This document shows positions 40,001 to 49,430 of a stretch of DNA of 64,000 bases, in pieces (the stretch's first letter is position 1; each line of letters starts with the position of its first letter). The position numbers and the translations under genes are program-made. Source of the stretch: Candidatus Cloacimonadales bacterium (GTDB taxonomy: Bacteria; Cloacimonadota; Cloacimonadia; Cloacimonadales; JAIOQZ01); the NCBI GenBank assembly GCA_963674825.1, contig OY771587.1:832001-896000 (forward strand). Reading direction: 5' to 3'. The notes under the pieces were generated by a model that searched no databases, was not told where the DNA came from, and saw nothing but the letters and a program-made list of their open reading frames with translations.

Positions 40001-42092
40001 TAATTCCATCCGTGCCGCCATTCTCAGGTAGATTCCAGTTATTATAGGCATAGCGAATAAAGTCTTTGATCGCGTCACCAGAACGGATACCATTATTGAA
40101 CTCGTCGTAGATATCTTCAACGGCAACGATTTCAACATCAATCGGTTTACCATAGATGCTCTGGCCATATTGTTCCCACAGTTGCTTGTATAGGAGAGTT
40201 CCTTCGTTTTCAACGAAGCGCTGTGGAGTAATGATCAGGTAGTTCGCAAAATGATCCGGGGATTTTAGATTGGATGGAAGGTTCGGGTGGATAAACTTCG
40301 CCCGTTTCTTCTGATCGCCAGTAAGAGCGATATACTCGAGACCATCGACTTCAATGTCGTCCTGGAACTTGAGTGTATAAGGCGCTCCTCCTGTCTCGGA
40401 GAACGCTTCCACAGTAGGATTCTCCATCAAGCTGGAGCCTATCTTGTAAACATAGATATCGTCCGATTCAAATCCTCCGACCTCGAACTGATAAACGCCA
40501 TAAGCGCCGTTCGCCGGTTTCGTAAAACGGATGTTGTCTTCATCGGTCTGGTATAGACGCCAGTAAGTAAGTTCGATCCAGTCGAGAAGTACCTGTTCCT
40601 GAAGCGCGCCGGTATCACCAGCGAGGCTTATATAGAGGGAGTTCTCGCCATGTGAAAGATAGCTGTTTGCCAGGAAGGCATCATCCTCGAAGAGCTGTTC
40701 TGACTGCCCATCCCACCACTTCGTTCCGATCATGGTCGAATTGATGCGCACAACCGCGTGATGGTCAGGATAGTATTCATCAGGGTGAGTAGAACCCATC
40801 AGCATCACTTTTGCATGAAACGGTCTTGTGTTCGACATATGTGGATACTGAAGCTCGAAAGGAATGATCTCGAGATTCGGAGCTGTGATCTGTTTCCAGA
40901 ACCATGTATCCTCACGATACTTAGGTGCGTAGAAACCGAGATGAGAATCGGTGAGTTGCTTCTCGAAGTGAACCGTTGTCTGATATGACTGCGGGACAAT
41001 ATACTGGTCTTCGTCGTACACGACAAGACCGCCGTTCTCCACTGCCATGCGTGCGCCATATTGATCCGAGAGTTTCAGTGTATAGACATTCTCGGAAGTA
41101 TAATCGTCGTAATAGCCTTCGTCACCAGCATGCCTTTCACCGAAGAACTCGATGTAATCATCTTCGTCAAAAGATCCGTCATTCTCACCGTGGACATAGA
41201 TAGGAACCGGGCCATTCTCGTTGTAGAGTGCCAGATAGCGTGGATCCAGTGTTGTCCAGTTCAGAGACGTGGCAAATTGCAGGCTGTCCTGGTAGACTTC
41301 CAGTGAGTCGGCCAATTGGTCGTAGGTGATATGATAGATCGCGTCTTCATCGACAACAATCTGGAGTTCATCGACAATATCGCTTCGGTTCTGACTGTAA
41401 TGCTCCGCTTTCTGGCGGGGTTTGAGCCATTTCCGTGAATAGGAGTCGTTCAGGAACATCTTGCTAAGGCCCGAGTCTGACCATCTGGCGAATTGCTCCC
41501 AATTTTCCGATGGCGATGTATCGCCCGTAATCGTTATCCTGATCGTCGCTTCACGCGTCACGTAGAGTTCGTTCGTGGAAGCTTTGTAGCGAACAGGATT
41601 GAAGATGACACCCGCAAAGTGGCGATCACCCATAAAGCCTTCGCCCCCCTTGTTCAGCATCATTTCAGGATAGATTGATTTACTGGCATATGCCAGGTTG
41701 TTTCTGAAAAATTCCCAGCTCTGTTCCTCTCCTTCAAGAACCATTTTCGGTGCCGGAACAGGCGTATAGCCGGATAATGTCTCGGTTTGCTGCCGCACGA
41801 CGTGAAGCGAGTAGTTACCATTGACCGGAAGTCCGATCATTTCCGAAAAATACGGAAGCTGCGGATAACCTTCTTCTGCGTTCATCGAAGCGCCGTCAAC
41901 ATGGATTGCCTGATAGGTAATGCCATCCCGCTCGATCGTCTCGAACTGTATTTCTGGCAGTTCGAACTTGAGCGTGATCTGACCGGCACTCATATCCAGG
42001 ATCTCAAACGGACTCGCAAACAGCATGCATCCGGAAATCACGATCATCATCGTGAGGAAAAAACGCTTGAATCGATTCATGAATAACCTCAT
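37089..42092 (-). CDS. PorU-like C25 (gingipain-family) cysteine peptidase with C-terminal T9SS-type domain
   Basis: 1667 aa; C25 propeptide-like N-terminus; IYDEFNNG, VLLLG, SDNDY; catalytic FMGHG and SMAC; CTD NYPNP...IYTVSGRLV...WD.RD..G..LANGVYFY. Confidence 0.9.
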   Translation of the reverse strand: MRLFMNRFKRFFLTMMIVISGCMLFASPFEILDMSAGQITLKFELPEIQFETIERDGITYQAIHVDGASMNAEEGYPQLPYFSEMIGLPVNGNYSLHVVRQQTETLSGYTPVPAPKMVLEGEEQSWEFFRNNLAYASKSIYPEMMLNKGGEGFMGDRHFAGVIFNPVRYKASTNELYVTREATIRITITGDTSPSENWEQFARWSDSGLSKMFLNDSYSRKWLKPRQKAEHYSQNRSDIVDELQIVVDEDAIYHITYDQLADSLEVYQDSLQFATSLNWTTLDPRYLALYNENGPVPIYVHGENDGSFDEDDYIEFFGERHAGDEGYYDDYTSENVYTLKLSDQYGARMAVENGGLVVYDEDQYIVPQSYQTTVHFEKQLTDSHLGFYAPKYREDTWFWKQITAPNLEIIPFELQYPHMSNTRPFHAKVMLMGSTHPDEYYPDHHAVVRINSTMIGTKWWDGQSEQLFEDDAFLANSYLSHGENSLYISLAGDTGALQEQVLLDWIELTYWRLYQTDEDNIRFTKPANGAYGVYQFEVGGFESDDIYVYKIGSSLMENPTVEAFSETGGAPYTLKFQDDIEVDGLEYIALTGDQKKRAKFIHPNLPSNLKSPDHFANYLIITPQRFVENEGTLLYKQLWEQYGQSIYGKPIDVEIVAVEDIYDEFNNGIRSGDAIKDFIRYAYNNWNLPENGGTDGITHVLLLGEGTYDERDDSVNRYYNMIPIRFYWTYKHGYTASDNDYACIEGDDGVPEVHIARINVWQSDQILPVAQKTQHYIENPNYDDMWHSRMTYAAGGKASDDDDIFAQDSESLISNYVPKRFESDRVYTAVQSVPQEFFGGTFILKDYIEQGTLFLQFMGHGGGRIWADYDLLNSNDVTTLTNDNYPFVSSMACYCSSFDTRGMVSMSEVFVMTPEAGAIGHVGFSGLGYLVYDYNFSVYLNEGLFKYGILNMGELITYVKSRVWAEITSTNPKYALTYGTILSGDPMIRLSVPSREAEVTLSDYTPSEDETITISANLGTDVVAATYQVYDDDGVRINVPYPIIVTNGQFQTNYLVPTSSGSIYGRMIKVIGYGANGEVAGYTNFTVGKSAIVDPVTIPDIPTANDSVSLSARFFDDEGVAGVDVNWWLSEDPTNTGTIDMVYSEDEDTWLSDGKIPPFDAGYTVKYKYQIEDSLGDTLQSKQYFYEIEGPDLRIMSIETGEENHEPVLRALVRNYGLTSSPEASARLYHELSSGDRFRLISTNICPTLDTTDQTWVTLKLPTEPGTYKFWVKINEEHSFTESSYSLNSKSLTITINPFILTYTDNVATSIDGNLDVEIPMGTFPDSTIGMLSVTEVDEVVEMPDVYDITLANSSSSMPYEIRILDESLLADSTGTLPGNARVKLTFHYAGSDSINTIRESDNRFHIYRWEEDYRKWVSVGGMTSATEDEVMVETNRLGIYTVFYNDDTTIPQIDANVEDQEFTQGGYISGSGVISFTCSDANGIDVIDHPIRLYLDGQELPTTEYTVTTVAGDLTSVPLKYPLNLEHGEYTMLISCSDVNGNYNERTIPFKVNTSFDIINVANYPNPVISNAKHRDNIGRTRFTYVLTDDADKVKIKIYTVSGRLVKEFKDLPTSVGYHEYPRTTKGWDCRDKNGEYLANGVYFYRVVAKKGSKEIEKTYKMAILR

Positions 42093-43339
42093 AGATTGCT
42101 GGAATCTTTTGCGCCAATATCCCTGCGATATTGCATTCCATCGAAATGCACGCGGGATATATCTTCATATACGGCTTGGCGAGCGCTATCAATTGTCGGG
42201 GCAAACGCCGTGACCATCATCACACGCCCACCGGATGTAACCAGGTGGTCGCCATCCTGCCCAACACCGGCATAAAATATCTTGTGCCGCAAGCCGTCGT
42301 CAATTTGTATTGTCATATTCTTTTCATAGGTACCGGGATATCCACCGGATGCAGCCACTACTGTGACCGCATAACCGGGATCCCAGTTCAACTTGATCTC
42401 ATCGATCTTCTCATCGAGTATAGCACGCGAAATCTTATATAAATCGGTTTTCAAAAGCGGTAACACCACTTCTGTCTCGGGATCGCCAAAACGGCAGTTG
42501 AACTCGATCACCTTGGGGCCGTCCTGAGTGATCATCAGTCCTGCGTACAGAACGCCTTTGTATTTACAGCCCTCTTCGCGGAGCGTCTTCAATACCGGCT
42601 CGAAAATTTCCGTATCGATTCGCTCGCGATATTTTTCGGCGCTCCGTACCGGAGCATATGCGCCCATACCACCCGTATTGGGGCCCTTGTCCCCATCCAG
42701 AAGCGGTTTGTGATCCTGAGAGAAAATGGTAGAAACGAAATGTTCGCCATCGGAAAACGCAAAGACGGAAGTTTCCCAGCCTTTCAGGAATTCCTCAATC
42801 ACCACGCGACTGCCCGATTCACCAAACACCTTGTCCTGCATCATCGCTTCCAGGGCTGAACGCGCTGCATCGTAATCCTGCGCGATAACCACACCCTTTC
42901 CAGCAGCCAATCCATCCGCCTTGATAACCTGCGGATAATCAGATGTCTGCAAGAATGCGTCGGCATCATCGAATCGCTCGAAAACGTGGTATCCCGCGGT
43001 CGGTACGCCGGCACGCTTCATGATGTCCTTCGCGAACGCCTTGCTGCCTTCGATTTGGGCGGCCATTTGGGATGGGCCCACCACATCGATGCCTCGTTCC
43101 TGCAGGTAATCCACGATGCCATCGGCAAGCGGCTGCTCGGGGCCGACAAACACAAGCTCAATCTCGTTCTCTTTCACGTACTTCGCAATTGCTTCGAAAT
43201 CCATTTTCGGTGCGAGGATCGCATCCCCGCTCATTCCCGGATTGCCCGGGGAAACAAAAACTGTGTGTCCGAATTGTCCAAAAGCACAGGCGATGGCGTG
43301 TTCGCGCCCTCCGCTGCCGATAACAAGAATTTTGGCCAT
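42089..43339 (-). CDS. purD: Phosphoribosylamine--glycine ligase
   Basis: IGSGGREHA, KADGLAAGKGV, QDHK...GPNTGGMG, EFNCRFGDPE. Confidence 0.98.
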   Translation of the reverse strand: MAKILVIGSGGREHAIACAFGQFGHTVFVSPGNPGMSGDAILAPKMDFEAIAKYVKENEIELVFVGPEQPLADGIVDYLQERGIDVVGPSQMAAQIEGSKAFAKDIMKRAGVPTAGYHVFERFDDADAFLQTSDYPQVIKADGLAAGKGVVIAQDYDAARSALEAMMQDKVFGESGSRVVIEEFLKGWETSVFAFSDGEHFVSTIFSQDHKPLLDGDKGPNTGGMGAYAPVRSAEKYRERIDTEIFEPVLKTLREEGCKYKGVLYAGLMITQDGPKVIEFNCRFGDPETEVVLPLLKTDLYKISRAILDEKIDEIKLNWDPGYAVTVVAASGGYPGTYEKNMTIQIDDGLRHKIFYAGVGQDGDHLVTSGGRVMMVTAFAPTIDSARQAVYEDISRVHFDGMQYRRDIGAKDSSNL

Positions 43340-43388
43340 TATTCTCCCGTTTGGTTGATCACATCACGCGATCGGATTATCTAAAAAA

Positions 43389-44621
43389 CTACGATGCAAC
43401 ACAATCCGTCTGTCTTGCACACTTGATCATGAGAAGTAATAACCTGTCGGCGGAAATCTGCCGCACAATATCCCGTGACGCAAGAATTCGATGCCGCTCG
43501 ACAACGACCTCTCCCCCACAGGCCACAGCGATATAAACCAGCCCTACCGGTTTGTCCTCAGTTCCGCCATCCGGTCCTGCAATGCCTGTCACAGCTCCGG
43601 CACAATCGACGTTAAAAACCTTTCTCGCTCCACGCGCCATCTCGATCGCAGTCTCTTCACTCACCGCGCCATGCGCCATCAACGTATCGTGCGAGACACC
43701 CAGGAACTTCTCCTTGACCTCGTTGCTGTAGGCCACTACACCACCAACCAGATACGCGGACGATCCCGGACGGTCGGTCAGAAGCTTCTGGATCAATCCG
43801 CCCGTGCAGGATTCTGCAAACGCTACCCGCAGGCCCTTCTCCACAAAGAGTTCATGCGCTTCATCAACCGGAGAACGATCGCCATGGCCCCAGATGTAAT
43901 CACGGAGAATCTCTTCCAACCGAGCCTTAATCCAGTTGACATTCTCCTGCGTCTTTCCCATCACCCGGAGCGAAACACGTCCCGTCTGCGGAAGATAGGC
44001 AAGTTCAGTCTCATCGGGAAGGATGAGGTCGTCGGTGAGTTCGGCAATACGTGATTCGGCGATACCGCTGGTGTGGATAGTCTCAATGTAATACTGACTG
44101 TCCGGTACGCGCTGCTTGAGAAGCGGCAGAACGTGGTTGGTCATGAGACCCTTCATCTCGTGCGGAACACCCGGCATAGCGACAAAGATCTTTCCGTCAT
44201 GCTCATAGAGCAAACCGGGCGCGGTTCCGTAAGGATTCTTCAGAGCAACGAAATCTTCGGGGAGCTCAGCCTGATTGCGATTAATCGGCGGCATCTCGAT
44301 GCCGCGTTTGGTGAAGCGTTCTTTCACCTGATGCCAAACGTCCTCCGAAAAGGTCATCGGCTTTCCGAAGAAATCAGCAATCACCTTCTTGGTGATGTCG
44401 TCCTTGGTTGGGCCGAGTCCTCCGGTAGTCAGAATCACGTCACAATCGCGAACCATATCCGCGAGTGCTTCGCGTATATCGTCCGGACGATCCATTACCG
44501 TCATAGAGCGATGGATACGGAATCCGATGCGGAGTAATTCAGCGCCGATCCAGGCGAGATTCGTATTGAGCGTTTTACCGCTCAGAATCTCGTTTCCGAT
44601 CGTAATCAAGCCTGTCGTCAT
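43389..44621 (-). CDS. cinA: Competence/damage-inducible protein A (MocF + NMN deamidase)
   Basis: IGNEILSG, TGGLGPT.DD.T, AESCTGG, TGIAGPDGG. Confidence 0.96.
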   Translation of the reverse strand: MTTGLITIGNEILSGKTLNTNLAWIGAELLRIGFRIHRSMTVMDRPDDIREALADMVRDCDVILTTGGLGPTKDDITKKVIADFFGKPMTFSEDVWHQVKERFTKRGIEMPPINRNQAELPEDFVALKNPYGTAPGLLYEHDGKIFVAMPGVPHEMKGLMTNHVLPLLKQRVPDSQYYIETIHTSGIAESRIAELTDDLILPDETELAYLPQTGRVSLRVMGKTQENVNWIKARLEEILRDYIWGHGDRSPVDEAHELFVEKGLRVAFAESCTGGLIQKLLTDRPGSSAYLVGGVVAYSNEVKEKFLGVSHDTLMAHGAVSEETAIEMARGARKVFNVDCAGAVTGIAGPDGGTEDKPVGLVYIAVACGGEVVVERHRILASRDIVRQISADRLLLLMIKCARQTDCVAS

Positions 44622-44642
44622 GTAGGTGTATACCTTTAGGGA

Positions 44643-46166
44643 TCAATAGCTTTTGGCGTAGATCACCCGGCGGTTGCTGGGCTTGCCGCACACGACACAA
44701 TGTCCTGATTCTTCGATCCCTTCAGAAGGTATAACGCGAACCGTTACACCTAATTCATCTTTAACCTTCGCTTCGCACTCGGGCGAACCGCACCAATGAC
44801 TGTGCGCAAAGCCGCCGTGGATCTCGGGTTTCTCGGAATTCTTCGGGGTGAAAAATTTTACGAATTTTTTCCAGTCGTCGATGTTATGGGTATGCTCTTT
44901 CTGGTATTCAAGGGCACGATTGTAAATATTGTTCTGGATATCTTCCAGGATATCGGGCAAGGTCTGGATGAATTCATCCATCTGGATCGATTTCTTATCC
45001 TTGGCGGTCAGGTCGCGGCGTCCCATGAACACGGAGTTGTTCTCGATGTCACGCGGGCCTACTTCGATACGGATCGGGATACCTTTCTTGATCCAGTACC
45101 AACCTTTTTCGCTGGAGGTCGCGTCGCGGTCATCGACTTCCACGATAATCCGCTTTTCGTCGTACCGTTGCTCTTTCAAGCCTTCGGTAATCTTACCCAC
45201 ATACTCCATCACCGCTTTCTCTTCTTCTTCGGTTCGGTAGATGGGGATGATCGCCACGTGAGACGGAGCAACGCGAGGAGGGATCACCAATCCGTCGTCG
45301 TCGCTGTGAGTCATGATCATCGCGCCGATAAGGCGGGTGGTGACGCCCCAGGAGGTCGTCCAGGCATATTCTTCCACGCCTTCCTTGTTCTGGAACTTAA
45401 TGTCGAACACCTTCGCGAAATTGAGTCCAAGAAAGTGCGAGGTACCGGCCTGGAGGGCCTTGCGGTCTTGCATCATCGCCTCGAACGTGTAGGTGTTTTC
45501 GGCACCCGGAAAGCGTTCGGACTCGGTCTTCTCACCCTTGATGACCGGAATCGCCAGCCATTCTTGAGTGAACTTCGTATAAATATCGAGCATACGGAGC
45601 GTTTCTTCCACCGCGTCCTCTTTGGTTGCGTGAACGGTATGTCCTTCCTGCCACAGGAATTCGGCCGTGCGCAGGAACAGACGAGTACGCATCTCCCACC
45701 GGACGACATTCGCCCATTGATTGATCAGCAGCGGAAGATCACGGTAAGATTTGATCCATCTGGCAAAAGACGCACCGATGATGGTCTCGCTGGTAGGGCG
45801 CACGATGAGTTCTTCGGTGAGCTTGCCGGCGACTTTCAGTCCGCCTACGCCATCGTCTTCAAGTCTGGAGTGGGTTACGACCGCGCATTCTTTGGCGAAG
45901 CCTTCAACGTGCTTGGCTTCACGCTCAAAATATGATTTCGGGATGAACAGCGGGAAATAGGCGTTCTTGTGGCCCGTATCTTTAAACATTCTGTCCAGGG
46001 TGTCGCGGATATTTTCCCATATGGAGTATCCCCAGGGCTTGATCACCATGCAGCCGCGAACTTCGCTATTTTCAGCGAGGTCGGCAGCCTTGATCACGTT
46101 CAGATACCACTGCGGATAGTCTTCGATGCGCGTAGGTGTGATGGCCGTGCGTTGTTTCTTGCTCAT
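44643..46166 (-). CDS. proS: Proline--tRNA ligase (archaeal/eukaryote-like type)
   Basis: RPTSET, QWANVVRWE.RT..FLR..EFLWQEGHT, C-terminal AKSY. Confidence 0.97.
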   Translation of the reverse strand: MSKKQRTAITPTRIEDYPQWYLNVIKAADLAENSEVRGCMVIKPWGYSIWENIRDTLDRMFKDTGHKNAYFPLFIPKSYFEREAKHVEGFAKECAVVTHSRLEDDGVGGLKVAGKLTEELIVRPTSETIIGASFARWIKSYRDLPLLINQWANVVRWEMRTRLFLRTAEFLWQEGHTVHATKEDAVEETLRMLDIYTKFTQEWLAIPVIKGEKTESERFPGAENTYTFEAMMQDRKALQAGTSHFLGLNFAKVFDIKFQNKEGVEEYAWTTSWGVTTRLIGAMIMTHSDDDGLVIPPRVAPSHVAIIPIYRTEEEEKAVMEYVGKITEGLKEQRYDEKRIIVEVDDRDATSSEKGWYWIKKGIPIRIEVGPRDIENNSVFMGRRDLTAKDKKSIQMDEFIQTLPDILEDIQNNIYNRALEYQKEHTHNIDDWKKFVKFFTPKNSEKPEIHGGFAHSHWCGSPECEAKVKDELGVTVRVIPSEGIEESGHCVVCGKPSNRRVIYAKSY

Positions 46167-47425
46167 GATTGCTCCCGTAATTTCAAGATGCTTTCTTTGA
46201 TATCGCCGGCGGAGACAGTTTCTTGCGTTCCCTGCCGCATATCTTTTATTGTCAGTGTATTGTTTTTTATTTCGTCATCGCCAATGATAATCGCGATTCC
46301 GGCACCAGACTTGTTTGCCGCTTTCATTTGCGACTTGAACGATCCCTTCTCGATATCAAAATCGGTGGGGATGCCCATCAGGCGAAGCTGGTTCACGACC
46401 TTCACAGCCTGCACTTCCGCCGTTTCGCCCATTGCCACGAGGAATACTTCCGGATGCGGCTCGTCTCCGAACGAAAGACCGTTCTTCTCCATGGAGAGTG
46501 TCAGGCGTTCGAAACCACCGGCGAAACCGATTCCCGGGACGTCTTTGCCACCGATCTGCTCGACCAGGCCGTTGTAGCGTCCGCCGCCAAGCAGCGCGTT
46601 TTGCGCGCCGAGCGAATCGTCCAGAATCTCGAACGCGGTATCGGTGTAGTAGTCCAGTCCACGCACGATATGCGGATTGACGTGGTACTCGATGCCGATT
46701 TCGTCTAGATAGAATTTCACCTTCTCAAAGTATTCGCGCGCCTGGTCGTCGAGGTAATCGAGCATAACCGGAGCGTCTTTCGCGAAGACTTTGCAGGTTG
46801 GTATCTTACAGTCGAGAAGCCGTCGCGGATTTTTCTCCATACGGTTGCGGCAATCCTCGCAAAGCTCGTCAACATGCGGTGAATAGTAGTCTTTCAACGC
46901 CTGGTTGTATGCCTCGGCTGATGCCGGACCGCCCACACTGTTGATCTCCAGCCGGAAATCCTTCAGCCCGAGTGATTCGAGATAGTGTACCGCCAGCGCG
47001 ATCACTTCTGCATCGATGTAGGGGTGCGCGCTGCCAATCGCTTCCAGTCCGTACTGATAGAACTGGCGATAGCGACCTTTCTGCGGTCGATCGTAGCGGA
47101 ACATTGCGCCCATGTAGTAAAGTCGCGATCCCGGCAAGCCATTTTCCACAAAGCTGCGGACAACCGGTGCCGTTCCTTCTGGACGCAGTGCGAATCTGCG
47201 TTCTTTGCGATCTTCAAACACGTACATCTCTTTTTGCACGATGTCGGATGTATCTCCGACACTGCGCTCGAAGAGATCGGCGCTTTCAAACATGGGGGTT
47301 ACGATCTCGCGATAATTGTATAGATCAGCGGTGCGACGGAAGACGTCCATCAGATACTGCCGCTTATAGCTATCCTGCGGCAGGATATCATAGGTTCCAC
47401 GAGGTATTTTATAGCGTTGACTCAA
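46163..47425 (-). CDS. hisS: Histidine--tRNA ligase
   Basis: PRGT.D, LRPEGTA, FRYDRPQKGRYRQF, VRGLDYY, GGGRY; TTG start. Confidence 0.98.
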   Translation of the reverse strand: MSQRYKIPRGTYDILPQDSYKRQYLMDVFRRTADLYNYREIVTPMFESADLFERSVGDTSDIVQKEMYVFEDRKERRFALRPEGTAPVVRSFVENGLPGSRLYYMGAMFRYDRPQKGRYRQFYQYGLEAIGSAHPYIDAEVIALAVHYLESLGLKDFRLEINSVGGPASAEAYNQALKDYYSPHVDELCEDCRNRMEKNPRRLLDCKIPTCKVFAKDAPVMLDYLDDQAREYFEKVKFYLDEIGIEYHVNPHIVRGLDYYTDTAFEILDDSLGAQNALLGGGRYNGLVEQIGGKDVPGIGFAGGFERLTLSMEKNGLSFGDEPHPEVFLVAMGETAEVQAVKVVNQLRLMGIPTDFDIEKGSFKSQMKAANKSGAGIAIIIGDDEIKNNTLTIKDMRQGTQETVSAGDIKESILKLREQS

Positions 47426-47476
47426 TCCATTACTCCCGAATATGTGATCATTTCACGCCAAACCATAAAAGAAAAA

Positions 47477-47741
47477 GTGTGTGCACCCACGGTTGATACC
47501 TGTTCTCGCTTGCAAAAGTCAGTTAGCTCAAGTCAAGTAGGCCGGTGGCACATCCTCGATTCTGCTTAATGCTGCTCCCTTCCGGGCCTGACATGGTTCA
47601 CAGCCTTGGATTGCACCGGGCTTGGCTCTCAACACCACTTCTCATCCACAAGAAAGCCGTCAGCATTCTCACGTGGGAATTCAGCCCCGCTATAGCGGAT
47701 TGCGGGTAAAGGGCACCGCTGGCTCCCCGCCTAGCACACAC
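47477..47741 (-). ncRNA. ffs: Signal recognition particle RNA, large (Alu-domain) type, about 265 nt
   Basis: Helix 8 motif ATGTCAGGCCCGGAAGGGAGCAGCAT; 5' Alu-like GGCGGGGAG..AGCGGTGCCC...CCCGCAATCCGCTATAGCGGG; termini GTGTGTGC/GCACACAC pair; T-tract after the 3' end. Confidence 0.92.
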
Positions 47742-47870
47742 CTAAAAATCTTTTCAATCCCTGCTGTGATGGGCAGTTACGAGATTCACTGAGCCCGTTT
47801 CCACAGCTGGTTTGACGCAACAAAGTCAAAGAATGATAGGAAATTGGAACGTTAGATTGTTGTCAACCCC

Positions 47871-48188
47871 TTACTCTTCATCAATGTATTTTTTTATGTC
47901 GTCGATGTTGAGCGGCTCATCGTCCAGATCATCCAGATCATCGTCGTCGAACTCGCCTCGAACCCAATCGGGGCAGAACAGGACGTCTTCTGTATAGTCC
48001 CATCCATCCACGTTTTCGATTCCAAATCGCATCAGCAGCGATTCTTCCCACAGCGAGTAATAGATCCGGTCTGAGTCCACCTTATAAACCAGACACGGAC
48101 GACTGAACTTGCGCAGATCGTAGTGTTCGTCTTCGAGCAGATCGAAGAACTCACGGATCTTATCGCGATCTTTCTGCACAGACATCAT
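47871..48188 (-). CDS. Hypothetical acidic protein
   Basis: 105 aa, AAGGAG SD, Asp-rich C-terminus. Confidence 0.7.
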   Translation of the reverse strand: MMSVQKDRDKIREFFDLLEDEHYDLRKFSRPCLVYKVDSDRIYYSLWEESLLMRFGIENVDGWDYTEDVLFCPDWVRGEFDDDDLDDLDDEPLNIDDIKKYIDEE

Positions 48189-48203
48189 GTGCGGACACTC
48201 CTT

Positions 48204-49238
48204 TTACAAATCGAAGTTGTATTTTACTCCGAGGGTGAACCGATCTTCCTGATATTCCTTGTAATCGTTGAGATTCTCGTACACATCAGATTCAGCTTTG
48301 CGATAGATATGTGTATAGCTCAGCTTAAATTCCCAGTTGTCGAACAGATAGAAATCGCTTCCGAATTTGACGGTGTATTTTGAATCCTCTCTACCGGAAT
48401 GGAATTTATCGTAGACCTCGGTCTGGTAATAGCGCTGCTCGTATCTGAACGAGAAAAATGGGCGGATGTAGCGATGACGGCTGATGGCAACGCGCTTGTT
48501 CTCGAATTCAACGAAGTAGATATTGCTTTCGTATGAGGCATCGCCGGCGTCATCCGAATCGACCGCGCCTTCCGGATTGCTGTCGCATTCGTAATCGCGG
48601 AAGTGATAGTAAACCTTCATGTAGAAGGTATTGAAGGCGTATTTCAGGCCAAGACCCGTCGTCATGGCGTCGCCGTCGTATTCGGTGAAATATTCATTAT
48701 AATAGTACTGTTCGTATTTGAAATATGGCATAATGAAGAACTTGCGCCACATCTTCAGATAGGGCTCGAATTTGTACATGTTCTTGTCGTATTCAAACTT
48801 CTGGTAGGCATCGGTCTCGTCATCAAGATAATCTCGAAGCCAGTTTTCGGGGTAATATCCATAAGAACCGGCGAGAGTAAGCCGGTAATCCTTGCTGAGC
48901 CGGATTTCGGAAGACATCTTGACCAGCATGTTGTAGGTAGATTTGTCGGTATTATTATAGTAGTGCTCGTACGTACCGCTGATCGATGGTTCCAGCGTAA
49001 ATCCTTTTCCCTGGTAGTTATAGCCGAAACTCACACTTGGGCGCATGATGAAATCGTCGCGGGTTTCGATGAAGTCGAACGCGCTTTCGCCTCGATCGAA
49101 GCGACCCTTATCCTTGCTTGAAAGTTGGAAGACATTGTCCGTATATTCGAAATCCGAATCCGCGGAAATTGTAAACTCCGCGAAAAGCGGTGCCAGCCCG
49201 AGGGTCAGCAGCAAAGTCAGCATACATGCGATTCTCAT
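48204..49238 (-). CDS. Putative outer-membrane beta-barrel protein
   Basis: Signal peptide, YTDNVF N-terminal strand, alternating Tyr/Phe strands, C-terminal LGVKYNF. Confidence 0.75.
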   Translation of the reverse strand: MRIACMLTLLLTLGLAPLFAEFTISADSDFEYTDNVFQLSSKDKGRFDRGESAFDFIETRDDFIMRPSVSFGYNYQGKGFTLEPSISGTYEHYYNNTDKSTYNMLVKMSSEIRLSKDYRLTLAGSYGYYPENWLRDYLDDETDAYQKFEYDKNMYKFEPYLKMWRKFFIMPYFKYEQYYYNEYFTEYDGDAMTTGLGLKYAFNTFYMKVYYHFRDYECDSNPEGAVDSDDAGDASYESNIYFVEFENKRVAISRHRYIRPFFSFRYEQRYYQTEVYDKFHSGREDSKYTVKFGSDFYLFDNWEFKLSYTHIYRKAESDVYENLNDYKEYQEDRFTLGVKYNFDL

Positions 49239-49430
49239 TTTTCGCTCCCGTTTTTTCCTTTTCTGTGTGGATCAATTTTACAAAGGATGCCAAGTGGTAT
49301 GAGATTGTCAAAGGATATTTCGGATTAATAGCGTCAAAACAGGCCGCCAGCCTTCCCGCATTACACATGCAAGAGCGCATCCTATTAAAATGAAGCACAT
49401 TCCCTGTTCATTCGCGAATATCGGAATACC

